A stretch of 64,000 nt of DNA from Flaccisagitta enflata (GCA_965153355.1 OZ231126.1:44764001-44828000); one strand, 5' to 3'; counted from the first letter of the stretch, positions 39,501 through 54,127 are shown. The notes: generated by a model not told the origin, from the sequence alone. Translations and numbers: made by a program.

Positions 39501-39673
39501 GATTTTGGAAAACAAAATGGTCTCAGTAGTTTAAAAAACTGCAAAACACTAATTGCCAAAGCTGCAGAGACAAATACATATGCAAATGTATTTCGGCAAA
39601 CTTAAGGACGTCCTGCCCCTGCCCAACCGTCGCGATTTTTGCTCTGTTTTGGGCTTGTTTTGCCCGCGAGGTC

Positions 39674-39733
<60 letters not shown>

Positions 39734-39999
39734 AAACGTCATCCAAACAGTCGATCTATCATCCATTTTCCCTGTTGTGTTACGGTGTTCCCGTCAAATT
39801 TTGGAAGAATTTCGAATTTCTTTGGTGCAATCAATTTCTTCCTTTGTTTTGAGTTGCGCTTTTGTTTTGAGCCGATTTTTATCCGAGACCGACGCGGCGG
39901 CTTAACCGGCTGGCGCACTCGCGTACTCTGCAGGGAGAACGCCAGTCTCAGTTTATTGTATACCGTGAACATACAACAAATCCGTCTGTCAGTGGCTCT

Positions 40000-40955
<956 letters not shown>

Positions 40956-41914
40956 CTTCCGTTGGCGCAAAAGTGGAAAAATCTCAAGGAGAAAACGTTT
41001 TATTTTTCAATTTTACTTTTGACATAAATAAAAGGGAATTTGAGTGTGGTGTACTCGGGAGTTTGTGGGTCTTTGGAGAATAACCTGCCATTGGGTTCCA
41101 GCGCGTAAACTCGCTTTTAAATTTGAAACGAGGAACAAAAGCGACAACCTCCTATTTTAACGACATTTCAATTTCTTCCCTCTGTTTCGCACTTCTCTTA
41201 CTTGTCTTCAAACGTAATCCGAAAAACATCTTGCAGCTGTATTTTATCTACATTTCACCACAAAATATGCGCTCAGTACAAGTAGAGTCTTTAACAAGAG
41301 CGTGTCACCCAATTTACTACTGTTGAACTCCACAATAACTGATGTTCAGGTACTAACAGCTGGATTTCCGTTATTACAATTATGAGAAAAAAAAAGAAAA
41401 CCTGAGGGAACCAAAATTTCATATTCATTATAGCCGAATTTCCATTACTCTTGGAACCGTTATAGCCGACCGGCTCCTATTTTTCAAGTATGGACAAAAT
41501 CTGTCTAGATAGATAGACAGAGATAGATAGATAGATGAAAAAGTAGAAAAATAGTGTCAGCTATAAAGAAACAAGGCCGGATACACGAATATCCAGTCGC
41601 AGACGGCTGGGCAGGAGTAGTTAAAAATGTTACGGACCGACGGACGGATCGACACGGCAAGGTCTAGAGTTGCGTGTCTCCGACGAAAAACAGGACATGG
41701 GATAAGTATCAAGACAGATCGACAGACAGACTGATCAGTCCGTCAGAAAGATAGATACACAGGAGACTAAGTAAATAGTTTTACGGGGGCAAAGGTCAGG
41801 ACAATAATGGTAAATTTACGGCCACCCTTCTTTGCACCCTCCAACCCCCGAAAATAAACCACGCCTTGAAATGAGAAAGTCGGTTACGCCATCTCGACAT
41901 GTGTGACATCTGGG

Positions 41915-42014
<100 letters not shown>

Positions 42015-42765
42015 TCATTTCCCGCCTACATGCAATAACACTTAACCGCAATAACAATTAACGGCGATGACAATTCAAAGACGGCAATCAGCGGCCATGA
42101 GCAACGTTTTCGCCGCGACTTAACGTGTCCATTCCATCGTGACCAAAGCATCCATTGCGTAATGCCATCCGGTCTGAAATTGCACGCACTTGAACCACAA
42201 ATGTTGATTCATTTCATTTCCTTCGTCCATTCAGCGGTGGTTTCGCCCGATTTTGTCTTGTTCCGTACAACCAAAATGCATAATGCAAGATGCAAAAATC
42301 TAAAAGACGGCATGTCTAAAAAAATGTCGTGCCATCGATCCTCTAAATTTGTTCCAGGGCACAATTTCACGATTTATAGTCGCCTGCTACGCGACTCTTT
42401 ACCCCGCTTTGTCTGTTGGTCGGTCAGTCGGTGGGTAGATCAGTCGGTCAGCTCACATTTTACTTTTTTGGCATTTTTTATTATTCTAAGTCCTTTTTAG
42501 TCAATCTAAGTCATTCTAAATTATTCTAAGTCATTCTAAGTCATATTAGGTCATATTAAGTTATATTTCCTTAACTAATAAGTCATATTAAGTTATACCA
42601 ATAAAGGCGGCTAATCGCCGACCGGAAAAAAGTCGTAAGTGGGAGTTTTTTTACAGTGCATAATCATCTGTGAGTGCATCTTATGCTGTCTGGTTGACTG
42701 CCTGTGTGTTTTTGTTATTCAATCTACAGTTGTCCTTTCTTTCTCTCAGTCTTCCTCTGTCTTTG

Positions 42766-42847
<82 letters not shown>

Positions 42848-42955
42848 TCTATGTGTGTGTGTCTCTATGTGTGTGTGTTTCTGTGTTTCTGTGTGTGTGT
42901 GTCTGACTCTCTCTGTCTCTCTTTCTGTCTGTTTTTCTGTCTCTCTGTCTCTCTG

Positions 42956-43010
<55 letters not shown>

Positions 43011-43020
43011 ATGGCTTGCT

Positions 43021-43239
<219 letters not shown>

Positions 43240-43758
43240 CAGAATAAAATATCAATGCTAGCGTTATAAAAGTCAGGGTCAATTTGCGTAACATGTTTAC
43301 TCTTACCTACTGTTACTTAAGACCAAAAAATTGGGATCAATAGAAAATATTGATTTTTTGGGAAAATGCGAAAAAATAAAAAAAGATTCAAAAATTCTTA
43401 GCTCCAAAATTATTGATCCTAAAGACTTCTGGTTGGCGCCATTTGAAAGAGAAAAATTAGCTCTTTCTTAGCTGTGAATATCAAAAAATGTATACTCCCA
43501 GCCCCAAAACTGCACAACTTGCTAAAATTGCCTCAAACCAAAAATGGAAAACTTTATTTCTCCCCTACGTTTCAAAAAGTCGAATTACGTTATTCGACTT
43601 TTTTCCAATTAACTTAACTATCAAGTCACTGAAGTCAACAAGATTAACTTAGTCATTTAACCCATTTTAAGTCATTTTAAGTCATTTCAGGTCATCCTGA
43701 GTCATTTTAAGTCAATTTAAGTCATCTGAAGTTATTCATGTTCCGCACGCGACTTATA

Positions 43759-44347
43759 CAGGGTGTTCAATCTCAAAGTGGGAAAAGTAAAAAGCTTACA
43801 TTTCTAAACGCACTTGGTCAGTGATTTCAAACCATTTTTCTCTTGTAGTATTACATTTGACGTTTTTTGTGTACAAATTTCATTGGTCTAGCTTAAATAG
43901 TTTGTCCACAACATCAATTTGAAGTAAAACAAGTGTTTACAGTTGAGGCTCAAAAACTCATGTTTTTATCAACACCATTTTTCAATATTTTGCCTTTAAT
44001 TCTCAAACGGCTTGAAAACCGGTGTCAGATTGGTCTCAGATGTGAACATTTTCAAATTATACTTCATTTGAGACCAATCTGGCATTGGTAGCTCAAACCG
44101 TTTAGTAATTAGAGCAATTCTAAGAAAAATAATCATGATTAAAAGGAGAGTTTTTAGCTCAAACTTCATACACTTGTTTAACTTAAAATTGACGTTGTGG
44201 ACAAACTATCAAGGCTAGACCAATGAAATTTTTATACAAAAAACGTCAAACAAATTACTACAAGAGAAAAATGATTTGAAATGACTGACTAGTTACGTTT
44301 AGGAATATAAGCTTTTTACTTTTCCCACTTTGAGATTGAACACGGGG
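43759..44347. mobile_element. MITE, Tc1/mariner type, 589 bp
   Basis: TIRs C(AGG)GTGTTCAATCTCAAAGTGGGAAAAGTAAAAAGCTTA; TA at 43757-58 and 44348-49. The empty site CTTA-TA-GGTGTTGG is seen in the sibling repeat at ~61238. Confidence 0.9.
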
Positions 44348-44838
44348 TAGGTGTTGGCCTCGTTTTTCTGACTCTCGTTCTCTTCCACTATCCCACCGGT
44401 TTGAACGCGTTCCCTTGCCCTTCGTCAGTTCGTCTAACTCGAATCATCTATTGGTTATGAGGTCAGACTTCATTTGTTGCGTGCAGAAATGCTTCATCAC
44501 CCAACGTGATCAAGAACATTGCTTAACCGTGCGCCCACATGATTCCGATTTTGGTACGTTCCGCATTCGCACTATCGCAGATACAGTAACAAACGAACAA
44601 ACGAACAAATGAACAAATGAACAAATGAACAAATGAACAAATGAACAAACGAGCAAACGAACAAACGAACAAACGAACAAACGAACAAACAAAAAAATCA
44701 AGCATGCACTTGTTCGCAATTTGAGTTCATCCCACATGTACACCCACCACTACGTGTACACCCAAGTGCACAGATAACTACGCGATCTGACGCGGTTTCA
44801 CCTCACATAAAAAGAGAAGAAAAAGAAAAGAGAAAGAA

Positions 44839-45074
44839 AACAAGTGACGCGGGGTCACAATATCGTTGCGGACGGGTGGGCAGGGGCAGCTAACCCCCAT
44901 CCAAACCCAACGCCCCACCCAACCCTCCTTTCAACACAGACACATGCACAAAATGCTTCTAAAACGCTCGTTTTCCCACTTTTTAACTCGTGCTCACGGA
45001 CGGATGGACCGACGGATCGACGGACCGACGGACGGACAAAGTCTCTTATAGAGTTGCGTGTCCGCAACTAAAAA
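44839..45074 (-). mobile_element. HINE/DINE-like element, AGTTGCGGAC subfamily
   Basis: Minus strand: TTTTTAGTTGCGGAC-ACGCAACT ... GTCCGCAAC ... GTGAC-CCCGC-GTCAC-TTGTT. Confidence 0.72.
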
Positions 45075-45748
45075 GGACGATATAGAAGAAGAAGAAATTG
45101 TGCGCAATCTCTGGAGAGCCACATTAACAAATGTTTGTCAGAGGTTAAAGAGAAGGATTAACCTTTCGTCACGAAAACTGCACAGACACGATGTTCCACC
45201 CAACCGACGACTCACATTTTAATCACGAACACGCGACTCAGTAAGCTGCTTTGTCTGTCGGTCCATCCGTTGGTATGTAACACTTTTTGGCGTTTACAGA
45301 CGGTTTAGCATCACCATCCATATGTTCAATTGAGCTATTTTTTCACCGCTCCAGCCCAGGACCTGATTAGCTGTATATCAGGCCTTGCTTAAACTGATCT
45401 CTGCCCCCCTCTTATGTACATATTCAAGAATCAACTGCAATTCGTTCTTCCATACAAAAAATTCAAGTTATACAAGTGAGCATAAATCTCATTAGCTGAT
45501 TGCGCAGTGACGGAATGTATGAAAGAAACTAAAAAAAGAAAAAAGGGAAATTCTCCAAGTTTAAAGAAAATATACTTGATCAAAAAGGACTAGATGAATA
45601 CCGTTGCTCTACGTCATGGAAAAATATCTTTTATGATTGGTTTTGAAAAGAATCTATAATACTAGTGCTTTAGTTTTCTCTCTATCTCTGTCTCTGTCTC
45701 TTCCTATGTCTCTGTCTCTGTCTTTCTTAGTCTCTCTGTCTCTCTGTC

Positions 45749-45796
<48 letters not shown>

Positions 45797-46381
45797 GTTC
45801 CATTTCATTACAAGATGAATTTTCAAATAATCTCGATGGTTTCCTAGAAACTGAAACTGAGGTGTTTAATGTCCTCAAGTTAAAAGGCTTATGCAAGTTT
45901 AAGTACCAGACGCCGAATATATCCGTTATAGAGTCATGTTTTTTGGCATACATTTTAGGTTAGATTAGCTCAGTTCTTCGATGATTGGAAGCTGTTAGAG
46001 ATATTATTAGGGTGTGTCGTACATTGCTCATTCTGATTTTATTTTCCGAGAGTGTTCCTGCCCTTATTAGAGCATTTTGACTTGCGACTCTAGAACTTGC
46101 TATGTCGCTATGTACAAGTACAAAATTGTCGTAGTTCAAAATTGTCTGAACTATTCAGAGTAGCACCAACATTTAAGCTCTTGCAGCGGTCTCATTTATG
46201 AACTGTTGAGCAGATTGCCATGAAGGTAGAAACTATGACGTAGGCACAAAATGATTCTAAATTATTGAATAAACGATAAAGCATATGTCCACTGGAGACA
46301 CCCTAAAGTCAAATACCAAAATCATCAACAAACGCCTTTTACTTTCATTTTTGCCCGCTGTTGCGTTTGAAGATCACGAAA

Positions 46382-46648
46382 ATGTTGGAGATTTTCCTCT
46401 CTATTCTTGTCTTTATTCCAACCGTAAAATTAGAAAGGTCAATCAGATTTTGTGAGGACCAACACATTCTTGCCACTGAATTTGGAGAAAATGATTATCA
46501 AAATGGTGCCGTATTGACCTACGACATGAAAAAAGGTGGGATTGGACAATTGGATTTTGGTTGCAAATATCAAATTCTGACTGGCAAAGATAGCCGGCTA
46601 TCTATATCAATGAAAAAAAAATTTACAATTACAATGTCAGGAAATTGA
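46382..46648 (+). CDS. Candidate first exon of the 7TM receptor (signal peptide plus start of a CUB-like domain); 3' boundary unresolved
   Basis: MLEIFLSILVFIPTVKL hydrophobic leader; FCED...GCKYQILTGKDSRLSISM resembles CUB strands. A possible phase-1 donor AAG/GTGGGA lies at 46536; otherwise the frame stops at 46646 after an A9 run. Confidence 0.5.
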   Translation: MLEIFLSILVFIPTVKLERSIRFCEDQHILATEFGENDYQNGAVLTYDMKKGGIGQLDFGCKYQILTGKDSRLSISMKKKFTITMSGN

Positions 46649-48431
46649 AAAAGCCTGCCCCTAGGGATAGCCTATGGAGTCCGAAAATGCCTTTTTCCAA
46701 TAAAAAGTGAGAAATTTAGTTCAGAAGGTAATTTGTCAAAAAGTATACACTTACATGCTTCCACTCATATACGTATACGGGCTTTTTTTGTTAAGCAGTA
46801 CTGATCAGAAACCCTTGGAACAGAATTTTTATACAGATATGGAGAATTTTGTTCTAACTTAAAGTACTTTAATTTCGGAATATCAGATATCAAAAGGGGG
46901 GCTCTTATAGTCACCTTAGTATACCAACCCTGACTTCTGGCTTTGGATGGGTCTTCCAATTCAGCTAGATATATGTTTTATTGGAAATTTGAAAGTGAAG
47001 TGCCCAAAACACCAGTTTTGATCCTTTTCCTCCATTAAGGGGGCTGGGACATGGTGAATTTTTCCTAAGAGTAGGCCACTGACTATGGGATAAATGTCAT
47101 TTCTCCGTTGTACCATTCTCAAGTACTGTCCATGAGCTTCAATGCTACATGTTTGTTTTGTCAAAAAATGTTCGGGAAGTGTGAGACCAAGGGGGTCCTA
47201 GGTCAGGGGGTCAATGTATGATCCCCCACGGGGGTCAAAATTTCAAAGTTTTCAAAATTAAAATCTGATTGCAGATTTGGATTCCTCTCAAAAGAGTAGC
47301 ATAAGAAAGTACTCTTCTTTTTTTTCATTTCTCATTTTAAGTGGGTCAAAATTGGGGTCAAAGGTCACAAGTGACCCCAATCTGACCTCACGTGAGGTCA
47401 AAAATGAAAACGCGGATAATCAAAATTCTGGGACCAGTTTTGGAATCTTCATAAACAATGAGTTGATAGTCATTACTGTCAATTTCAGATTTTCCCAGAA
47501 AATGTCTGTGAAAAAAATATTAACCCATAGAGCTAATTTGAGGTGGGGGGTGGGGGCATGTTTGTAGCTGAAAGGGCATATTTGAGGCCTGGAGAGCTGA
47601 TTTTAGATCTGGAGGGCAGATTTGAAGTCTGGAGAGCTGATTTTAGGTCTTTATGGCCAAATTGAGAATTGAATAAGCTAACTCAAGGCCTTTGAGGGCA
47701 AAAATCAGGCCTGAGAGTGCTGATTTGAGGCCCGGAGGGTCTTTGGGGTGATGGTTGGGCAGACAGGTGGACAGATGGACAGAAGGATAGACAGACTGAC
47801 GGATGTCTGAAAATTAACCCCTGTGGCCTACAGTTTCCTATAATTGTGCTACCAGAATCACATCTTTAACTGATAAGATTTGTTGGTTTATTGAAATCCG
47901 ATAAAGTGGGATTCAATGCTGTGGTTGTATAGAATTGATTCCTGGAGTTATGAGAGAAATTTGTTCCATCTCAAGTTTGGGCGGAAATTGGTGACAATTT
48001 TCAAAATGATACATGACTTTTGAAGGAACTTATGATCAATTCTGAAAAGGGAAGTTTCAAACAAAAGATATAAGCATATGTGATGGGTCCGGATTAAACA
48101 CCATTGAGAGCTCCAAAGGCTCTTGTCCTTTGCTTAGATTGGGTTGAGTAGTAATTTTGTCCAACTTTCATAGTAATTCTATACAACTACAGCATTAATG
48201 ACGGAGTGCCTAGATCAAGTCCAGATCAATTTTCCAATGAGATTAGGCTCTTAATATGCAAATAGAACATGAAAATGCATGGAAATAATGATTCATTCGA
48301 ATGCCCAAATTAAACCCACTTTAATACCAAACTGAATGAAATGGAAGAGGGCCTTATGACTTGCTAGTCAAGTGCTGCATGACTCCACACCCTGCTTTGT
48401 CGGTGGCTTGGTCAGTCCATGGGTTGGTCTG

Positions 48432-49009
48432 TTTTTTGGGCAGCGGTCCCAAAGGGGACAAAGTCCTCTAGAACACAGGGAGAATCTGTCCATCCATATG
48501 TCTATCCGTCCGTCCGTCCCCCCCCCCCATCAGGGCTTCATCTCCTTTGGGGCTTATTCTGACCCAAATTCTCCCAAATCCAAGCAATATGGCCCAAATC
48601 TTAGCAAAATGGCCCAAATCCATGCAGAATGGCCTAAATTCAAGCAAAATGGCCCAAATATAGCCAGAAACCCCAATAGTGGCCTTGGGTCCATCATTTT
48701 GGCCCATTAGACCTATATTGTAGCCTCTGATATCTAGGTTCTGACCAGATTAGGACCATTTTGCTTGGATTTGGGCCATTATGCTTGGATTTGGGCCATT
48801 TTTGCTTATATTTGGGCCACACTGCTTAGAATTGGGCTTTCTGGTAGAACGGACGGATGGATGGATGGAAAGACGGGCAGATTTCCCCTGTGTTCTACAG
48901 GACTTTGTCCGCTTCGGGGCCGCTGCCCTGCTTCCCTTCAACTCAAATCACACACTACTCAAACAGGGCACAGGTACCGCTGACCATTTACTGCCCTTGG
49001 GCTGCTATT
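48432..49009 (+). mobile_element. GGGCAGCGGCCCC-family element with inverted GGCCCAAAT minisatellites
   Basis: Same termini as 15648-16201 but a different central ~20-bp repeat; 3' GCCC-TT-GGGC hairpin. Confidence 0.72.
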
Positions 49010-50677
49010 ACTTTTTTTGCATTATTAAGCTTTTTGGGCTCACAGTAGAGAGGTAAACATGAGTTGGTTCCTCGGGAAAGCGAGCAAAAAAGCATTGTTG
49101 GAATTTTCGACCTAGGTTTGATTAAAGCTCATGCGGTAAATTAGGCAAAAAAATCAAATTTCAAATTTAATAAATTCCTGTCATTTATGGACATAATGAT
49201 GTATGGGTAACTTTTTTTCGCTGAAAAAACTTGTGTCAAAAGGAGGAAGCGTAGGAGGAAGGGTCATCATGGCTAAACCAGGTTGTGGTGAGGTAAGGTG
49301 AGCTTGCCGCTATGTCCCCAGAGTTTGACAAGTCCAAATCTGTTTTTGTTTTTATTTAATGACACAGCTCCATCCCAAAATCCATTTTAAGTCATTCTAT
49401 GTCATTTTAAGTCATATTAATTCATATTTCATAATAGGTTATATTAGGTCACTTAAGTCAATCAGGTCAATTTAGTCATTTTTAATTTTTGACAACCATG
49501 GTTTAGGCCTGGGATTGATGATTTAGGGTGGAGAGGGCTGATATGTGTCATTCAAGAGCTGATTTAATTTTCACGAGAGCTGTCTTGAGGCTTGAGAGCT
49601 TATTTGAAATCTAAATGGTCTGAGGCAGCTTGAGAGGACAAATTTGAGGCCTGTGAGGACCATCTTGAGGGCCAAAAGGGTTAGTTGGAGGCCTGAAAGG
49701 GTTGATTAGAGCTCAAGGGGGGGGGGGGAATACAACTACAGACAAATGAACAAACAAACAAAATTCCCCGTATTCAACAGGACTTCGTCCCCCTGCCCAA
49801 AAGCTTAATTTGACTTTACAGGATGATCAAAAGTCAGAAAGGCCATATCTATATTAAATATATATACTTAGGAGCTGTGTTCTTTTTAAGTAGATTCAGA
49901 ATACATAGCGAGTCTAGATTTCTGTTAGGACCCTGTTATGCATCATGACAAATATTGTCATTTTTGACAGACATTTTCTGAGAAAACTTGAAAATGACAG
50001 TAATAACTATCAACTAATTTTTCATGGGGATTCCAAAACTGGTCTCAGAATTTGGATTATCCGCGTTTTTATTTTTGACCTCTCGTGAGATCAGATTGGG
50101 GTCACTCATGACCTTTTACCCCAATTTTGACCTACTTAAAATGACAAATGAAAAAAAAGAAGAGTACTTTCTTTTGCTACTTTTTATCTTATCAGTTAAA
50201 GATGTAATTCTGGTAGCACAATTATAGGAAACTGTAGGCCACAGGGGTAATTTTCAGATATCTGTCCATCTGTCTTTCCTTCTGTCCATCTGTCCACCTG
50301 TCTGCCCAACCATCACCCCAAAGACCCTCCGGGCCTCAAATCAGCACTCTCAGGCCTGATTTTTGCCCTCAAAGCCCTTGAGTTAGCCTATATAATTCTC
50401 AATTTGGCCATAAAGACCTAAAATCAGCTCTCCAGACTTCAAATCTGCCCTCCAGATCTAAAATCAGCTCTCCAGGCCTCTGAAATTGACAGTAATAACT
50501 ATCAACTCATTATTTATGAGGATTCCAAAACTGGTCCCAGAATTTTGATTATCCGCGTTTTCATTTTTGACCTCACGTGAGGTCAGATTGGGGTCACTTG
50601 TGACCTTTGACCCCAATTTTGACCCACTTAAAATGAGAAATGAAAAAAAAGAAGAGTACTTTCTTTTGCTACTTTTT

Positions 50678-51016
50678 TAGATGCGTCCTGGCATCTCTAT
50701 AATAGGCTGTGTCCGTTGGTTGGTTGGTCTGTCTGTTGGTTGGTAACGCATTCATTAAAAACATCAAAATCGAGCATTTTTTTAACAGAAAAGTGGTTCT
50801 GATCCAGTAAAAGAAGCATACATCTAGTAATTCATTCATCAAATCATTAATTCATTCACAAATGACATTCATTCATTCACAAATGACATTCATTCATGAA
50901 AAAAACATTCATTCATCAAAAACATTCATTCATCAAAAACATTCATTCATCAAAAACATTCATTCATAAAAAACGTTCATTCAAAGAGGACGCATCGTTG
51001 GCCTACTTGGCCTTGT
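50678..51016 (+). mobile_element. HINE/DINE-like element inserted in a T-run of the foldback arm
   Basis: AGATGCGTCCTGGCATCT ... GGACGCATC ... GGCC-TACTT-GGCC-TTGT. Absent from the opposite arm (~47285-47300), which shows the empty site. Confidence 0.8.
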
Positions 51017-51580
51017 TTAGAGGAATCCAAATCTGCAATCAGATTTTAATTTTGAAAACTTTGAAATTTTGACCCCCGTGGGGGATCATACTTTGACCCC
51101 CTGACCTTTGACCCCCTTGGTCTCACACTTCCCGAACATTTTTTGACAAAACAAACATGTAGCATTGAACCTCATGGACATTACTTGAGAATGGTACAAC
51201 GGAGAAGTGCCAACTGTAAAAAAAACCTTCATTGTCAGGGGCCTACTAAGAGGGTAAGATAACCTTGCACTTTGCTTGTACGGTTTCTCTCAGGAGCACA
51301 AACCTCCACTTGCTTTAAGGATTCTAAAATTTTTTTTTTGATGATGAGAATATCGTGTATATTACGCTGGTCAGAAGAGCGAAAATACCCCAATACCCCA
51401 ATAGCCCATTTGCTCTATCGAGAGCCTCAACTTTCTCATAAGAAAATGTAAACCATGTTTCTCGCAAGTATGTCAAAAAGTCGAAGACTGACTTCGACTT
51501 TTTTCCCGATTATTTAAGTAGCATTAAAGTGCCTTCCCAAATTTTGTAAATTCTTTTCATCTTTGTCTCCTCTTTTTCAG

Positions 51581-51709
51581 TCAAAATGTTTGACACTGAT
51601 ATGAAAATGCTTTCGAGGAATTGCTGGACAATGAAGCAAGAACCCCATCAATCAGTTTTCCTCGAGTTTCCCCAGAAAGAAGTATTTTTTGGCTTTCAGA
51701 TGGCGACAA
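51581..51709 (+). CDS. Internal exon of the 7TM receptor (second half of CUB-like domain)
   Basis: Strong pyrimidine tract and CAG acceptor. The only open frame reads KMFDTDMKMLSRNCWTMKQEPHQSVFLEFPQKEVFFGFQMAT. Donor GTAAGT is phase 1, matching the acceptor at 51939. Confidence 0.75.
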
Positions 51710-51938
51710 GTAAGTAGTGAGGAAGGTCGGGATTTTGATGGGATTTTAGGCGAAATAAATCTAATCTAATCTAATCTTGCAAGCCCATATGAGGTCCAAG
51801 TGCGTGATCAACCGACGCGCCGACTAACAAACACAACTGTTTACCGAGATGAAATGGCCACAAAAACAGGGCAGTGAGAATCAAGTGGGCGGATTCTCTT
51901 AAACAATTTGATTTCAACCTCTTCACAACTTGATTCAG

Positions 51939-54127
51939 GTTCTGCAACTGAGAACGTTCAATTCTACTTAGAAGGTTCATCGGAAAAATGCGTTGGTCAT
52001 GATGCAAATCTTCGTAAGCGGGTCTTGACGGACATCACGACCTGGCCCAATGGGTCATCAACTTACAGCTCAAGAATGAAAAACATCGCATTTATCTCGT
52101 GCATGAAGCTTTCTATCTATCAACCTGGCTCCAAATCGTTTGCCATCAACGACATGCGATTGTTTCAATGTCCCGCTTGGAACAGAGTTCTTCGTCTTAA
52201 AATCGCGGATTGGTCCAACATAAAATTGCCCATTTGTGATTACAAAGAAAATGGCAACACCCTCACTAATTTAGTAGGTGATAACTGTGAAAAACGCGGT
52301 AGACCATATTACGAATTGGGTTTTCTGGGCTTTGTAGAATTTTCTTGTCAATGCGACACTTTGTGCCGCGCTTTTGGCGACTGTTGCGCCGACGCTTCTT
52401 CCGAGACGTTGAAATGTTACACTGATCCCGAATGTCAAGCTGAGTATGAGGAAGCTCTGAGCGTGGATATCCCTCTTACAAATATGAACGCGAATCTCGA
52501 TAGTATAATGACCTGCGTTTCGTATCAAATCCCTTCGTCAAATCGAACGGATCCTTTGGGATATTACATGATCACAGATTGCAGGGAGAAGAACCATCGC
52601 ATGAGAAGCGACTGTCAACTGACGATACCAAATTCTAAACTAACTCTATTTCATTATGTACCCGTTGAGACGCGGAAGATTATTTATCGCAACGTTTATT
52701 GCGCGTGGTGCCACGGAGCGACGGTCGAAACGATTGATTTCTGGAAGTTGAAAATTCCGGGAGGGGAACTTCAATCGGAGGAATGTCGTTTGTTGATCGA
52801 GATGATTCGCGATCTCGAATTCGTTCCCATGTCGGCGGTGATTCGAGATTGCCTCATGTTAGGCAACGCGGTCGTCGCGCCTCCCATGGCCGACGCCCGT
52901 CACGCTCACGAGTTTGGGAAAAGCTTTTCCAGAATGGGCAAAGTCTGTTTGGTTCGTGGTCCGGGTTCCTTGGCGCCTCTTCAAAGGCGAAGTGCATTAA
53001 ATAACGAAAGTTCGCGATTCGCCAAAGATTACGACCAATGCAAGAACGCCATCGACGAAGCGGCCGTCATGGAGACGAAGGGTTTTAACGTCATTCTAGC
53101 TAAATCCGTCGACCGTTCTTACGTTTTGACGGATGTTGACAAAGTCTGCGAAAAATGTCCATTCATACTCCAACATCTTCTTTCTATCAATCATTTTGAG
53201 GTGGTTGCGTTGATGATTGAGCATGTTTTGACGATGGATGGCGATATCACTTCTCTATTTACCAGTTCAAATATTCTCAATTGCACCTTATTCAACAACT
53301 GTCGTCAGGATGACAAGTCAATTTCGCACAACATGAAGGAGGTCTTTGTAGCGATTTGTCAAGCGGGTTCCATATTTTCTCTTCTGTCTCTTTTCGCGGT
53401 TTTGTACATCTTCAAGTTGAGGGGCAATTTTTGTCAAACTCAGCCCAAAAGGGTTCGACTCATGTTGGTTTTGTCCAAGTTGCTGTTCTTCGCTTGTTTC
53501 TCGCTCGGCACCGTCTTGAGAACCTTCGACGCCGGTTGTAAAGCCATCGCCGTTTTGCTGCATTTCTCTCTCTTGTTGTCCTTTTCCTCTTCCATTTTGT
53601 TCGGTGTGAAGGTGCTTCGAATGTTGACGCGTATCAAGTACGACATGGCCGCTCTCGCCACGAACAACAGAGACGACCTCAAAGTCAATTGCAAAGAATT
53701 ACTGCAGTACGTTTTTGTTTGGGGCACGTTAGTGTCTTTCAGTGTCACGGCGGCTGGCGTTGATTTTGCCACGGATCACGCCGTATTCGGATATGGGATG
53801 AACGATATCTGCTTCGTCACGAAACCGAAAGCGGTATTTTTGGCCGTCGTAGTGCCAACAGCCATCACGGTGATAATCAATATCCTCACCACTTTGATGA
53901 GTACTTTGCTTATGATTGACATATCGAAACACGGAAGCGTTAGTATTGGGTCGGTCAAGTCAATCTTGACTTATCTCGGCCGTCTCATGGCTTTTCAAAG
54001 CATTCAATGGGTTTTTGGATTGATTTATTATTGGCTATCAAACCAAATTGCTCGTTTTATATTTTCCTTTTTGTCCTCGTATGAAGGTCTGTTTATCTTT
54101 TTTGTCGTTTACACATCAAAAGGATAG
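51939..54127 (+). CDS. Terminal exon of a family-B (secretin/adhesion/Methuselah-like) GPCR with somatomedin-B domain
   Basis: SMB-like CQCDTLCRAFGDCCAD (~52346); YRNVYCAWCHG (~52685); seven hydrophobic segments with family-B-like motifs CKAIAVLLHFSLL (TM3), VWG (TM4), GYG..C (ECL2), VVP..I..N (TM5), QWVFG (TM6), EGLFIF (TM7). Confidence 0.9.

Larger units (their letters stand above)
47072..51245. mobile_element. Non-autonomous foldback-type DNA transposon, ~4.2 kb, with nested insertions
   Basis: Termini TAGGCC(A/C)CTGAC(T/A)ATG; direct repeat CTAAGAG at 47065-71 and 51246-52. Long inverted arms: 47101-47500 vs 50485-51207 and 47588-47880 vs 50190-50480. Confidence 0.85.

Noticed and set aside
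51207-51260. Possible extra receptor exon ending at GG/GTAAGA (51254)
   Set aside because: The sequence is the terminus and TSD of the foldback element, and the phase needed to join the next exon contains a stop.
51908-51938. TTG start of the 739-aa ORF
   Set aside because: It lies in an intron. A CAG acceptor at 51936-38, in matching phase with the upstream exon, explains the frame better.
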